Positions 55,454 through 64,000 of a DNA stretch of 64,000 nucleotides are shown here, one piece after another. Both the position numbers and the translations under genes were made by a program. The notes beneath the pieces were generated by a model. It saw nothing but the letters and a program-made list of their open reading frames with translations, made no database searches and had not been told where the DNA came from. This stretch comes from Tepidisphaerales bacterium (GTDB lineage: Bacteria; Planctomycetota; Phycisphaerae; Tepidisphaerales; Tepidisphaeraceae). The DNA is taken from the NCBI GenBank assembly GCA_038229715.1, contig JBBROD010000001.1:10011-74010 (forward strand). The letters are read 5' to 3'. Position 1 is the first letter of the stretch, and every line of letters begins with the position of its first letter.

Positions 55454-56719
55454 TCAGAACGGCATTTTTTTATCGAGCAGGTGATAGCGGAGCATGGAGA
55501 GCGCCATTTTGGCGCTGCGATCACGGACCATCTCGCGATCGCCGGGGAAATTGAACGTGCGGGTCACGGCTTGTACGGTTCGGTCCGGCGCTTGGAACGC
55601 CATGCCGATGCAGACCGTTCCCACAGGCTTGGCCGGTGAGCCGCCGTCGGGGCCGGCGATGCCGCTGATGCTGATCGCGACGTGCGACTTCGCCAGCCGC
55701 AGGGCGGCTCTGGCCATTGCTTCTACGACGTTTTCGCTGACCGCGCCGTAGAGGTTGATCACCTCCATGCTCACGCCCAGGCGCTCGTATTTGGCTTGGT
55801 TGGAGTAGGTGACGAAGCCGGTCTTGAAGTAGGCGCTGGAGCCGGGGATATCGGTCAGCGTTTTCGCCAGCAGTCCGCCGGTACAGCTCTCGGCGGTTGC
55901 GATCTGAATGCGTTTTTGTTTCAAAAGGTCCGCCACCACGTCGGCCAGTGATGTTTCGTTCTCGCTGAAGATCACGTCGCCTAGTTTGGCTCGGCAGGCT
56001 TCTTCGGTCTGCTGCATTTCGTGCTCGGCGCGTTCGAGTGAATCGAATCGTGCATTCAGCCGCAATGAAACCATCCCGCTGGCGACGGTCGTGCCGACCG
56101 ACGGATTGCGCCCGCGCTTCATGAGATCGCCCAACTGCTCGGCCACCCAGCTCTCGCCAAGGCCGAACGTGTTGAGCTTCTTCTGCAGGATCACTGCGCC
56201 GCCGGCCAGCGGTTTGACGTACGGGCGGATGTGGGCTTCAAACATCGCCTTCATTTCCTTAGGCACGCCGGGGACGGAGAAAAGCTCGCATTGGCCGATC
56301 GCCGCCCGGATGCCCGCCGCCGTGCCGGCTGGGTTGTCGAGCATCGTGGCGCCGCGCGGAATCATCGCCTGAATCTTGTTCGTCTCGGGCATTTTGCGTC
56401 CGCGGGCTTTGAAGAATTCGTCAAGCCTAGCCATCCACGCGTCGCTCAACTCCAGCGGGGCGTTCAGCACGTTGCCGAGCGCCTGGCGGGTCAGGTCGTC
56501 TTCGGTCGGGCCGATGCCGCCGGAGATCAGCAGTAGATCGACACTGCCGGCCGCTTCGCGGATGGCGGCTTCGATCATCGGTTGGTCGTCGCCGACGGTT
56601 TTGTGCGCGAGGATATCGCACCCAATGCTGCTGAGCTGCGCGCTGATCCAAGCGGAGTTGGTATCCACGGTCTGGCCGAGAACCAGTTCGTCGCCGACGG
56701 AAAGGATGAAGGCTTTCAT
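55454..56719 (-). CDS. cinA: CinA-family protein (MoCF-binding domain + nicotinamide-nucleotide amidohydrolase PncC domain)
   Basis: The likely start is ATG at 56719 (MKAFILSVGDELVLGQTVDTNSAWI). The C-terminus has ATAESCTGGLLA. The track ORF start at 56800 lies inside the repeat. Confidence 0.9.
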   Translation of the reverse strand: MKAFILSVGDELVLGQTVDTNSAWISAQLSSIGCDILAHKTVGDDQPMIEAAIREAAGSVDLLLISGGIGPTEDDLTRQALGNVLNAPLELSDAWMARLDEFFKARGRKMPETNKIQAMIPRGATMLDNPAGTAAGIRAAIGQCELFSVPGVPKEMKAMFEAHIRPYVKPLAGGAVILQKKLNTFGLGESWVAEQLGDLMKRGRNPSVGTTVASGMVSLRLNARFDSLERAEHEMQQTEEACRAKLGDVIFSENETSLADVVADLLKQKRIQIATAESCTGGLLAKTLTDIPGSSAYFKTGFVTYSNQAKYERLGVSMEVINLYGAVSENVVEAMARAALRLAKSHVAISISGIAGPDGGSPAKPVGTVCIGMAFQAPDRTVQAVTRTFNFPGDREMVRDRSAKMALSMLRYHLLDKKMPF

Positions 56720-56743
56720 GGGAGAGATATTATACGGACTTCC

Positions 56744-56890
56744 TTTAATTCTGGCGCATCCAGCGCCGTCATTCTGAGGTACTCCGAAGAATCTCGGCAT
56801 GCGAGAACCGCTCGATTACCTAGATTCTTCGGAGTACCTCAGAATGACGATCTGCGTCGGATGGCGCGGGAATTAAATCAAATCCGTATC
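56744..56890. repeat. extended (~150 nt) palindromic element homologous to the interior of the 22488-22714 element
   Basis: TTTAATTCTGGCGCATCCAGCGCCGTCATTCTGAGGTACTCCGAAGAATCTCGGCATGCGAGAACCGCT... aligns with TTTAATTCTCGCGCACCTAGCGCCGTCATTCCGAGGTACTCCGAGGAATCTCGGCATACGAAAACCGCT... at 22540. Both end with ...GGCGCGGGAATT(T/A)(G/A)ATCAAATCCGTAT. Confidence 0.8.
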
Positions 56891-56896
56891 TGGCGA

Positions 56897-59251
56897 TCAG
56901 CCGGCCGATTGCCCGTCGGCCGGAGTGGACAGGTCTTGCTGGAGTTTCTGAATCACATTGCCGAGCAATCGCTGCCGCGGCCCGGTCAATTCGCGCCGGC
57001 CGTAGCGGATGTGGTAGAAGATGCCCGTCAGCCGGCGGATCGTGCGGAACGCTTCGTTCGGCAGGTACGCCAGTGATTCTGAAAACTCCAAAGGCGTCAG
57101 ATGGTTGGGGCGCACGATCTGGTGTCGCTCCAGCAATCGCATCAGGTCGTCATAAAAGCCCAACTGGCGCGCGAGTTTGAACTGATCGCTGGCCGGTAAA
57201 TTATCCAAGCCGATACGGGCGGCCCGGCGGCGCAGGCGCCATTTCTCCACTACGAACCACGCAACTGCCACGATCAACACGATCAGAATCAGCCCCATAA
57301 ATGCTGACAGCAGTTGCGACGAGATGATGAACAATCCGCCGAACTGAAGCCATTCGTGGACGCTCTTGGCCGCACCACTGCCTTGGATGGCGGTGTTAGT
57401 CAGCCGGCTGTTGAGGTTGGCGACGAGGTTCTCGCGGTTGTCGTTATCGTACGCCACCACGTTCTGCTGCCAGCCGAATTCAAGGTAGTTGAAAGCATGT
57501 TTGACCTTCTGCCACAGGCTGGCGATCGCCGTCGGCGGCGGAGAGGATCGGCCGCTCGTGGGGTCGTATGTCAACCAGCCGCGCTGGGTGAGCACTTCCA
57601 CCCATGCGTGGGCGTGCGATTGGCGAACCATGTACTGGTGAGCGAGGGTGTTGTATTCATCGCACTTAAACCCGGCGACCACCCGCGCCTGCATCCCCAA
57701 ACTCTGACAAAGCAGCGTCATCGCACCGGCGAAATACTCGCAGTGCCCGCGACGGCCTTGATCGGAAAGGAACCACGCCATCGGATCCTGCCCGGCCAGG
57801 CGTTTGGTATCGGTCAGGTCGAGCGTGTAAGTGAATTGCGTCTGCAGGTGACGCTCGATGGCGGCGGCGATTTGTTCGTCGAGATCGGTGACTTCCGCCG
57901 ACTGGTCGCGCTTAGAGGCCAGGCCGTTGGTTACTTCGGGGCGCATGGCATAGGCGGCGATGGACGGATCGATGACCGAGCGACGGCGGAATCGCCCGCG
58001 ACCGCGGAGTCCTAAGTCCGGGCGCTGCTCCATACCGCTTTCCTGCGCGAGGCGATCGCGCATTTCCCGCCATAGCGTCCACGCCTGCGCCGGGGTGCGT
58101 GTGTTCGATGGATCGAGCGTACCCCGCGACAGCACGGTGTAGGTGATTTGCGAGTTGATCGGCTCGATCACCTGCAGGATCTCGTCGCTCATGCTCTGGC
58201 GAATCGACAGATCGCTTTCGCTGGCGACGGAATAAGCGCCCGCCATTGCGAACAAGGCAGCCGTGCCGGTCGGCTTCAGGCGGATCGTCTGCTTCCAGAC
58301 GGCAGGCCCGGCTCCATAGGTAGGCGATTGCCAGGCCGTACTCGTCCCGACTCGTTCAGATGTGTTTGAAATCGACAACACGCGCGACCGCGACCACTGC
58401 CATTGGGCGTCCTGGTCGTCGCCGTTGTAGATGTCGAATGTCGTTCCGCGCAACAGCAGCAGCTGAGTGCCTTCGACCGGTTTGCCGTCCTTCTCCAACT
58501 GCACCCAGGCGACTTCCGCAGTATTCTGCGTGATCGCGGCGATGCGCTGAAAGCTCATCTCATCGTTAAACCCGGTGAGCGACTGGGCCGGGCTCATCTG
58601 CATCGGCCCGAGCATCCCCTGCCCCATGCCGCGCGGGAAAAACAGAAACACCAGCACCGCCGTCACCACCGCCGCCGACGAAACCAGTACCGTCAGGCGT
58701 CGCATGGAACGTGAAAGGTTCCGCTGATCCTGTCGCAGCGTGAGTTCGGTGCGCACGCTATCGGGCAACGCCATGGCGAATCGGGCGTGTTCGGTATCCA
58801 CCTTCAAGTGGAACAGCAGACAGCAGTACAGGGAGAGAAACAGGTACGAGATCAGGATCAGGCCGAACAACAGACTGGCGGTGTTGATCGACGCCGCCAC
58901 CATCAGCAGCAGGCTGAGCACCAGCAGCTGCGCATAATCGCGATTGGCCCGCTGCTCGTAGAGTTTCACGAGTTGCAGGAAAACCAGAAACTGGCCGATC
59001 ACGAGGATCGCTGTCTGCCGGGTGCCCATCACCTGCGTGCCGGCCCAGGTAAGGCACAAAAGCGTTGCCAGATTCGCAAGCCACCGCGGCAGGGGGGCGA
59101 ACCGGCCCGTCCGCACCATCCATGCGTTCAATAGCACCAGCGCGACGGGGAATATGAAAAACCCAATCGATTCAGCCGCCATCGCGTAGCCGATAAAGCC
59201 CATCAGCACGAGGACGTAAAGAGTCGGTTTGAACTGGCGAATGTCGTACAT
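56897..59251 (-). CDS. transglutaminase-domain membrane protein (TgpA/DUF3488-like)
   Basis: 784 aa. It has a multi-pass N-terminus, the transglutaminase core GHCEYFAGAMTLLCQSLGMQARVVAGF...HAWVEV, and a C-terminal TM segment plus DUF4129-like tail. Confidence 0.85.
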   Translation of the reverse strand: MYDIRQFKPTLYVLVLMGFIGYAMAAESIGFFIFPVALVLLNAWMVRTGRFAPLPRWLANLATLLCLTWAGTQVMGTRQTAILVIGQFLVFLQLVKLYEQRANRDYAQLLVLSLLLMVAASINTASLLFGLILISYLFLSLYCCLLFHLKVDTEHARFAMALPDSVRTELTLRQDQRNLSRSMRRLTVLVSSAAVVTAVLVFLFFPRGMGQGMLGPMQMSPAQSLTGFNDEMSFQRIAAITQNTAEVAWVQLEKDGKPVEGTQLLLLRGTTFDIYNGDDQDAQWQWSRSRVLSISNTSERVGTSTAWQSPTYGAGPAVWKQTIRLKPTGTAALFAMAGAYSVASESDLSIRQSMSDEILQVIEPINSQITYTVLSRGTLDPSNTRTPAQAWTLWREMRDRLAQESGMEQRPDLGLRGRGRFRRRSVIDPSIAAYAMRPEVTNGLASKRDQSAEVTDLDEQIAAAIERHLQTQFTYTLDLTDTKRLAGQDPMAWFLSDQGRRGHCEYFAGAMTLLCQSLGMQARVVAGFKCDEYNTLAHQYMVRQSHAHAWVEVLTQRGWLTYDPTSGRSSPPPTAIASLWQKVKHAFNYLEFGWQQNVVAYDNDNRENLVANLNSRLTNTAIQGSGAAKSVHEWLQFGGLFIISSQLLSAFMGLILIVLIVAVAWFVVEKWRLRRRAARIGLDNLPASDQFKLARQLGFYDDLMRLLERHQIVRPNHLTPLEFSESLAYLPNEAFRTIRRLTGIFYHIRYGRRELTGPRQRLLGNVIQKLQQDLSTPADGQSAG

Positions 59252-59262
59252 AACGCGATGAG

Positions 59263-60486
59263 CTAATCTTTAAGTTTAGGCTGCTGATTGGCCGGCATGC
59301 AGGTAGTGAAATCGACGCTTTTATTGAACCGGAACCACGCTTTGTTCTGCATTGACGTGGCCGACACGATCACGATGGATGACCGCACGCGGTCGCCGAG
59401 GCTCATGGAAATCGATCCCGGGGTGAACACCACGCCGGTGGTGGACGATTCCAGAAGCGGGTGGGCTTCGTCCATCAGTTTGGTGATCGGTTGCTGGGTA
59501 TTCTTCGGCAGCTTTGCCAAGGTTGCCAGGACATCAACCCGGTGGCGCTTCCCGCGCTCCGGCGGGAAAGAAATCCAGCCGTTCGACCAAGCGACGAGCC
59601 CGACGAGCAGACCGTCGTCGATCGCCTGGCTCGCCAGCGACGCCGCCATCGCGATTGTCTGCTCGACATTGGCGTAGGAGTCGGGTTCCTCATTCGCCAA
59701 GTATGTATCGACCATCAGTACAAGTCTCGGCGGGGAAACTTGCGTCATTTCCTTGCTCACCAGAACGCCGGAACGGGTGCTGCGTCGCCAGTAGATGAGA
59801 CGGGTGTTTTCGCCGCGACGGTATTCCTTCACGCCGTAGAACTCGTCCATCCCGCCGTACTTGGGACGCATGACCGAGCCGGTATTCTCGGCGGACTTGC
59901 AGAGCTGCATCAGTCGAGGATCGACTTTGGCAAGCGGAGGGAAGATGATCAGCGAATCCTTCGTTTTGCGTTCAATCGCCCGTTTGATAAAGCCGAACGG
60001 AAAGCTGGTGCTCACCTGGTGCCGGTCCAGTTCGTGCAAGCCGCGGCGCTTGGGGAGCAGTTCTGTCGGCACGGATGCGGTCATTCGCCCGGCAGCGTGG
60101 AGCATGTAGCTCATCGGCTGCTTGGTAAAACCCTCGGCCCCGTCGAGTTCGGCGATCGTGACCGATACGCTCGGCCAGAATTTTTTCAGGTTCTCAAACT
60201 GATATGTGACGGTGACGGTTTGTCCCACCTCTGTGTTCTCGGGAAGGACGCGATGAATCGCCAGCTTCTTCAACACCAGTCGACTGATGACGCCGCTAAT
60301 GAGCAGGATTCCGATCATCAACCCGAACACGCCGAACAACAGGTTCGCCTGACTGTTAATCGCGGCCAAGCCCATGAACATCATCATCGAACAGTAGATT
60401 AGCCCGGTGACGGAAAAGTCGAGAGACGGTTTGCGGTGAACCACCGTGGTTGTGCGATCAGTCGGATTGCGTCGATGTTTGGCCAT
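59263..60486 (-). CDS. DUF58-domain protein
   Basis: The likely start is ATG at 60486 (MAKHRRNP...). It has two N-terminal TM helices and the segment EFYGVKEYRRGENTRLIYWRRSTRSGVLVSKEM, typical of DUF58. Confidence 0.85.
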   Translation of the reverse strand: MAKHRRNPTDRTTTVVHRKPSLDFSVTGLIYCSMMMFMGLAAINSQANLLFGVFGLMIGILLISGVISRLVLKKLAIHRVLPENTEVGQTVTVTYQFENLKKFWPSVSVTIAELDGAEGFTKQPMSYMLHAAGRMTASVPTELLPKRRGLHELDRHQVSTSFPFGFIKRAIERKTKDSLIIFPPLAKVDPRLMQLCKSAENTGSVMRPKYGGMDEFYGVKEYRRGENTRLIYWRRSTRSGVLVSKEMTQVSPPRLVLMVDTYLANEEPDSYANVEQTIAMAASLASQAIDDGLLVGLVAWSNGWISFPPERGKRHRVDVLATLAKLPKNTQQPITKLMDEAHPLLESSTTGVVFTPGSISMSLGDRVRSSIVIVSATSMQNKAWFRFNKSVDFTTCMPANQQPKLKD

Positions 60487-60620
60487 ACAACCCCGAAACA
60501 AAGAACATGTCAACTCGCGTTCCACAGGTCGGCGAACTCGCGGACGTGTCCTTAACCCTTTGCGGAACTCACAGGTTTCGGAGTACCGCGATCCGTGGCA
60601 CTCGGCGATAGTCGTCCGCG

Positions 60621-61553
60621 TCAGCGTGGCGCGGCGATCCTGTCGAGAATCGACTGCAGCACGCCACCCGTGGTGTTGGAGTCTCCGTTGTGCAGGTACG
60701 TTTTGCTGATTACACGGTGAGCACACACCGGCAGGAATAAACCTTTCACGTCATCGGGGATGACATAATCCCGCCCCGCGAGGGCGGCCGACGCCTGACA
60801 AGCTTGCGTGAGCGCTAATGCGCCGCGGGGCGATACGCCCAAGTGCAGGCCGTCGTCGTGGCGCGTCATCTCGACCAAGTCCAGGATGTAATCAACGATC
60901 GCGCGATCCATCTTCACAGTGGGAACGATGTCCTGCATCTGGATGATCTCTTGCCCCGTCATGACCGGCTTGAGATTGTCCAGCACGCTGCGGCCTGGCT
61001 GGGTGGTGAGAATCTGGAACTCCGCCCGACGCTCGGGATAGCCGACCGACACGCGGAGGATGAATCGGTCGAGCTGGTTCTCAGGCAGATGATAAGTGCC
61101 CTCGAATTCAAACGGATTTTGCGTCGCCACCACCATGAACGGCCGCTGTAGCGGCATCGTGACGTTTTCAACGCTGACCTGCTCCTCGCTCATCGCCTCG
61201 AGCAAGGCGGATTGCGTTCGAGGCGTCGTGCGGTTGATTTCATCGGCCAACACGATGTTGGCAAAGATCGGCCCGGGCTTGAATTCGAACGTGTGAGTGT
61301 TTTGATTGAAGATCGAAACGCCCAAAACATCGCCGGGGAGCAGGTCGGGCGTCAGCTGGATTCGGCTGAACTTGCAGTCGATGCTTTTGGCTAGCGAGCG
61401 GGCGAGCACGGTCTTTCCCACGCCGGGCACGTCTTCGATCAGCACGTGACCGCGCGCGACAAGGCCGATCAGTAGCAAATCAACTGCTCTATCGGGGCCA
61501 TGGAAAACGGTCTTGATGTTCGTTCGGAGTCGATCCAGAGGTTGCTGAAGCAC
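60621..61553 (-). CDS. MoxR-family AAA+ ATPase
   Basis: GTG start. Walker A is EDVPGVGKT and Walker B is LADEINR. It ends with a typical MoxR C-terminus. Confidence 0.93.
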   Translation of the reverse strand: MLQQPLDRLRTNIKTVFHGPDRAVDLLLIGLVARGHVLIEDVPGVGKTVLARSLAKSIDCKFSRIQLTPDLLPGDVLGVSIFNQNTHTFEFKPGPIFANIVLADEINRTTPRTQSALLEAMSEEQVSVENVTMPLQRPFMVVATQNPFEFEGTYHLPENQLDRFILRVSVGYPERRAEFQILTTQPGRSVLDNLKPVMTGQEIIQMQDIVPTVKMDRAIVDYILDLVEMTRHDDGLHLGVSPRGALALTQACQASAALAGRDYVIPDDVKGLFLPVCAHRVISKTYLHNGDSNTTGGVLQSILDRIAAPR

Positions 61554-61639
61554 GCGTCACCTTATACGTCTTCCATCTGCCGTTCGGTCAATTTAACGGT
61601 CCGCATTCTAGCAGCGGCAGGGGGGAAGTACACGGCTTA

Positions 61640-62428
61640 TTATTGTCGTTGGAATAAGGTGTTATCTTTCGGGCCAAACCAACCCAAATGCATTGATTGA
61701 TTGTCCGCCCCGTAGACGTTCGGGCCCGGGTAAGTCCATTCGAACTTCTCGCTGGTCACGTGCCCATCCGCCCAGGCGATGTTGGCGCGGTCGCGGTGAC
61801 GGAATTGGATCGACGGGGAATTCGGTCCCCACACCGTGACCGGCGGTTCGGCGAAGGAGTATTCGATCTGTCCAGGCGCGCCCATCGCGGTGTCCGCAAA
61901 CGCGATCTTCTCGCTCGCCCGCCTGATCTGCGTCAGCTTCGCCGCAACGTTCCCGATCTGCAGATCCCACTGAAGAGGCCCGAGTGTGTTGGCCAGCGCT
62001 TGCAAAGAGGGTTCGTCCGATCCGCTGCCGATGTAGTGGTTGTTGTAACCGTACCCACCGCAGGCTGACTCAAACCCCGCCGGGCTGAAATCGAAGCTCG
62101 GGCAACGCTTCACCGACGCGGTTTGCAGATATTTCAGCAAAGGCGACGCTGCAAAATCAAACGGCTGACTGCCGCTCGTCCGCGTGCCATGCCATCGCGC
62201 GTTGTTCTGCGTGTAATAAAACAGATGCGCCGGCGGCCAATAGCTGTGGTTGTCTTGCGCGTACTGCATCGATGAAATCGCCAGTTGCCGGATATTGCTC
62301 GCGCATGCCGCCGACTGCGACTGCTGCCTCGCCGCGTTGAGTGACGGCAGTAAAATGCCGATCAGGATCGCGATGATACCGATAACCACCAGTAACTCGA
62401 CAAGCGTGAAGGCTCGTGTTTTGTTCAT
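61640..62428 (-). CDS. prepilin-type N-terminal cleavage/methylation protein with a C-terminal H-X9-DG motif (DUF1559-like)
   Basis: The likely start is ATG at 62428 (MNKTRAFTLVELLVVIGIIAILIGILLPSLNAAR). The C-terminal HRDRANIAWADGH fits H-X9-DG. Confidence 0.85.
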   Translation of the reverse strand: MNKTRAFTLVELLVVIGIIAILIGILLPSLNAARQQSQSAACASNIRQLAISSMQYAQDNHSYWPPAHLFYYTQNNARWHGTRTSGSQPFDFAASPLLKYLQTASVKRCPSFDFSPAGFESACGGYGYNNHYIGSGSDEPSLQALANTLGPLQWDLQIGNVAAKLTQIRRASEKIAFADTAMGAPGQIEYSFAEPPVTVWGPNSPSIQFRHRDRANIAWADGHVTSEKFEWTYPGPNVYGADNQSMHLGWFGPKDNTLFQRQ

Positions 62429-62443
62429 GGTAGAAACCATTTG

Positions 62444-63376
62444 TTAATCACCGAGACGCGGAGGTACGGAGAAGAGAAGCGGGCAGTATTGTTTTCTCTG
62501 TGCTTCCGTGTCGATGTTGTTGAATTTCCGCTTTCGCCTGCTCAATGCCCATCCGATTCCCGTTAGTGCAACGGTCGACACACCCGGTTCCGGCGTCACG
62601 CTCACGCCGTGGATCACCGCCACCGAGTCGATATCCGATCCGCCGGAGCCGAAACCGGTGGGGTCGTAGATCGGATTGTTCGAACTGTCGAGTACCGTGC
62701 CGTCGCCGAGTACGTCTATCAGCCGGACGTAGCGGATCGCGTTGAGATCGACCTGGCCGCCGAGCACAAGTGTGTTGGATCCGAGGGTTGAGAGATCGAA
62801 CGCGTCACCACCCGCTAACTCCGGGTCGAATGGATCGATGCTATTGGTGTTGACGTTCGCCAGCACCTCATGCACACCGGCGAAGCCGGACACGTTGGCC
62901 GGGTTGATCGTGCCGAACCCGCCGACGCCGCTTGGCGTGAGCGAGAGCGTTGGGAATCGAGCGAAATCCGTTCCGTTGGAGGATACTTCGACAAAGACCA
63001 ATTCCGCGAACGATTTAGTCGTGTCGCTGTTGGCGTAAAACGCATTTTCGAACACGATGAAATCTGCACCAGCGCCATTGGTGATGGTGCGGGTTGCATC
63101 GGCGGTGTTAAAGCCGAGCGTGATCTGGCCACCAACGCCGAGGTTCAGCACGTGAGTGCTTCCGCCGGGATTTCCGCTGGGGCCGCCGAGGATGTCGTTG
63201 GTGTCTTGAAAGCCGGTCTGCAGCGACGTGCCGAGCGTGCGAGCCGTGATCTGCGACGCGTAAAAATGATCCGCGTGCGCGACCGGCGACAGCAGGGCGA
63301 AAAACCCTGCCGCCGCCAGAATCGCAGCGCCACGGAGAACTTCGCACGATCGCAGTAAATGTGCGATCGCGTTCAT
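62444..63376 (-). CDS. PEP-CTERM-anchored secreted protein with an unusual 25-aa tail after the sorting signal
   Basis: It has a signal peptide. The sorting signal is ...VTPEPGVSTVALTGIGWALSRRKRKF. This is followed by NNIDTEAQRKQYCPLLFSVPPRLGD, which is encoded by an imperfect word hairpin. Confidence 0.8.
   Translation of the reverse strand: MNAIAHLLRSCEVLRGAAILAAAGFFALLSPVAHADHFYASQITARTLGTSLQTGFQDTNDILGGPSGNPGGSTHVLNLGVGGQITLGFNTADATRTITNGAGADFIVFENAFYANSDTTKSFAELVFVEVSSNGTDFARFPTLSLTPSGVGGFGTINPANVSGFAGVHEVLANVNTNSIDPFDPELAGGDAFDLSTLGSNTLVLGGQVDLNAIRYVRLIDVLGDGTVLDSSNNPIYDPTGFGSGGSDIDSVAVIHGVSVTPEPGVSTVALTGIGWALSRRKRKFNNIDTEAQRKQYCPLLFSVPPRLGD
62452..62513. repeat. imperfect hairpin of ACGGAG/CTCCGT-type words overlapping the 3' end of the PEP-CTERM gene
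   Basis: CGAGACGCGGAGGTACGGAGAAGAGAA ... TTCTCTGTGCTTCCGTGTCG. The arms pair only partially. Confidence 0.4.
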
Positions 63377-64000
63377 ACGTTTTTCCTCCGCCGGAGTAGC
63401 AGCATCGCGCCGAGGCTGGTAATCGCGAGCGTGCCTGGCTCGGGGAGGGATTGGATGGCGAACAGCCCGCCTTCACTGGTGAATCCACCGTTGACGATCA
63501 ATGCGCCCGTGAGGGAACTGTTGCCCGGGCCGAAACTTCCGCCGGTATAAGCAATGCCGGTGGGGAATGGGAACGAGCCAGCGCCTTCGGAGAAGACGCC
63601 GAAGGTATCGACGACCGGCGAGCCATCCAATCCCGTGAGGATTTTGATCTCCGCGCCCGTGGTGACGTACGCGAAGCCATTGGCGCCCACGGCGATGCCG
63701 TACGCACCGCTGGCCTGTCCGCCGACGAGGCTGGCGACGATCGGGCTCGACGGGTTGGTGTCATCATAAATGTACGCGCTGCCGGTGAAGAAGTCGGCCC
63801 CGTTCTGCACGAGCACTGCATTGCCTGCCGCCGTGAAAGCGGTTCCGCCGACGTAGCCGTCGCCGATGTTGCCTTGGATCGCGGATGCGAGCGTCGCGAT
63901 CGTGCTGTTGGTGATCACGCCAGCGTTAACGACATTGCCTGAGAGATCGAGCGTGCGGAGGTAATAATCGCCGGAGCCGAAGGACGTGTTGTCCGTTCCG
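63373..64000 (-). CDS. PEP-CTERM-anchored secreted protein; the 5' part lies beyond the window
   Basis: The frame stays open upstream of the track start (GTG at 63918) to base 64000. The C-terminus is LPEPGTLAITSLGAMLLLRRRKNV. The stop overlaps the downstream gene's start (ATGA). Confidence 0.75.
   Translation of the reverse strand, partial: GTDNTSFGSGDYYLRTLDLSGNVVNAGVITNSTIATLASAIQGNIGDGYVGGTAFTAAGNAVLVQNGADFFTGSAYIYDDTNPSSPIVASLVGGQASGAYGIAVGANGFAYVTTGAEIKILTGLDGSPVVDTFGVFSEGAGSFPFPTGIAYTGGSFGPGNSSLTGALIVNGGFTSEGGLFAIQSLPEPGTLAITSLGAMLLLRRRKNV

Noticed and set aside
1-64000. Search for a defence island or other self-contained novel multi-gene system (Cas, RT/retron, restriction-modification, Abi, toxin clusters, secretion-system cores, biosynthetic clusters)
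   Set aside because: I found no hallmark domains by eye. The hypothetical genes are scattered singly among housekeeping genes rather than clustered. Candidates worth follow-up are listed individually in the findings.

Overview
GC-rich chromosomal segment that looks like Planctomycetota, probably Phycisphaerae-like. The taxon call is an inference from three things: a prepilin/H-X9-DG protein, tandem PEP-CTERM proteins, and abundant intergenic 'word' hairpins. Most of the window is housekeeping. It includes prfB (with the classic +1 frameshift), cysD-cysNC, folE, ilvB, spoVG-ispE, nuoC, ptsN, upp, leuD and leuC, polA, a photolyase-family gene, coaE, rho, cinA, a MoxR-DUF58-transglutaminase operon, and one tRNA-Asp. 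I do not see a convincing self-contained novel multi-gene system: there are no Cas genes, reverse transcriptase, restriction-modification genes, or toxin-rich islands. The leads I can support from the sequence are: (1) a 1102-aa fusion of a fucokinase-like GHMP module with a UDPGP-type pyrophosphorylase, next to a GalU-like protein with a degenerate G-loop; (2) a decayed 2.2-kb integrative islet at tRNA-Asp, bounded by a 47-nt tRNA 3' duplication and carrying a truncated integrase and a Y-family polymerase; (3) a dense population of palindromic or MITE-like repeats and long 'word' hairpins, some of which sit in frame inside a CDS or supply C-terminal tails and stop codons of genes; (4) a SpoVG with a zinc-ribbon/His-rich insertion; (5) a candidate Val-rich leader peptide and attenuator upstream of ilvB; (6) leuD and leuC split by an AT-richer insert that carries an orphan response regulator with no canonical start codon. 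All functional calls come from motif recognition by eye. No database search was run.
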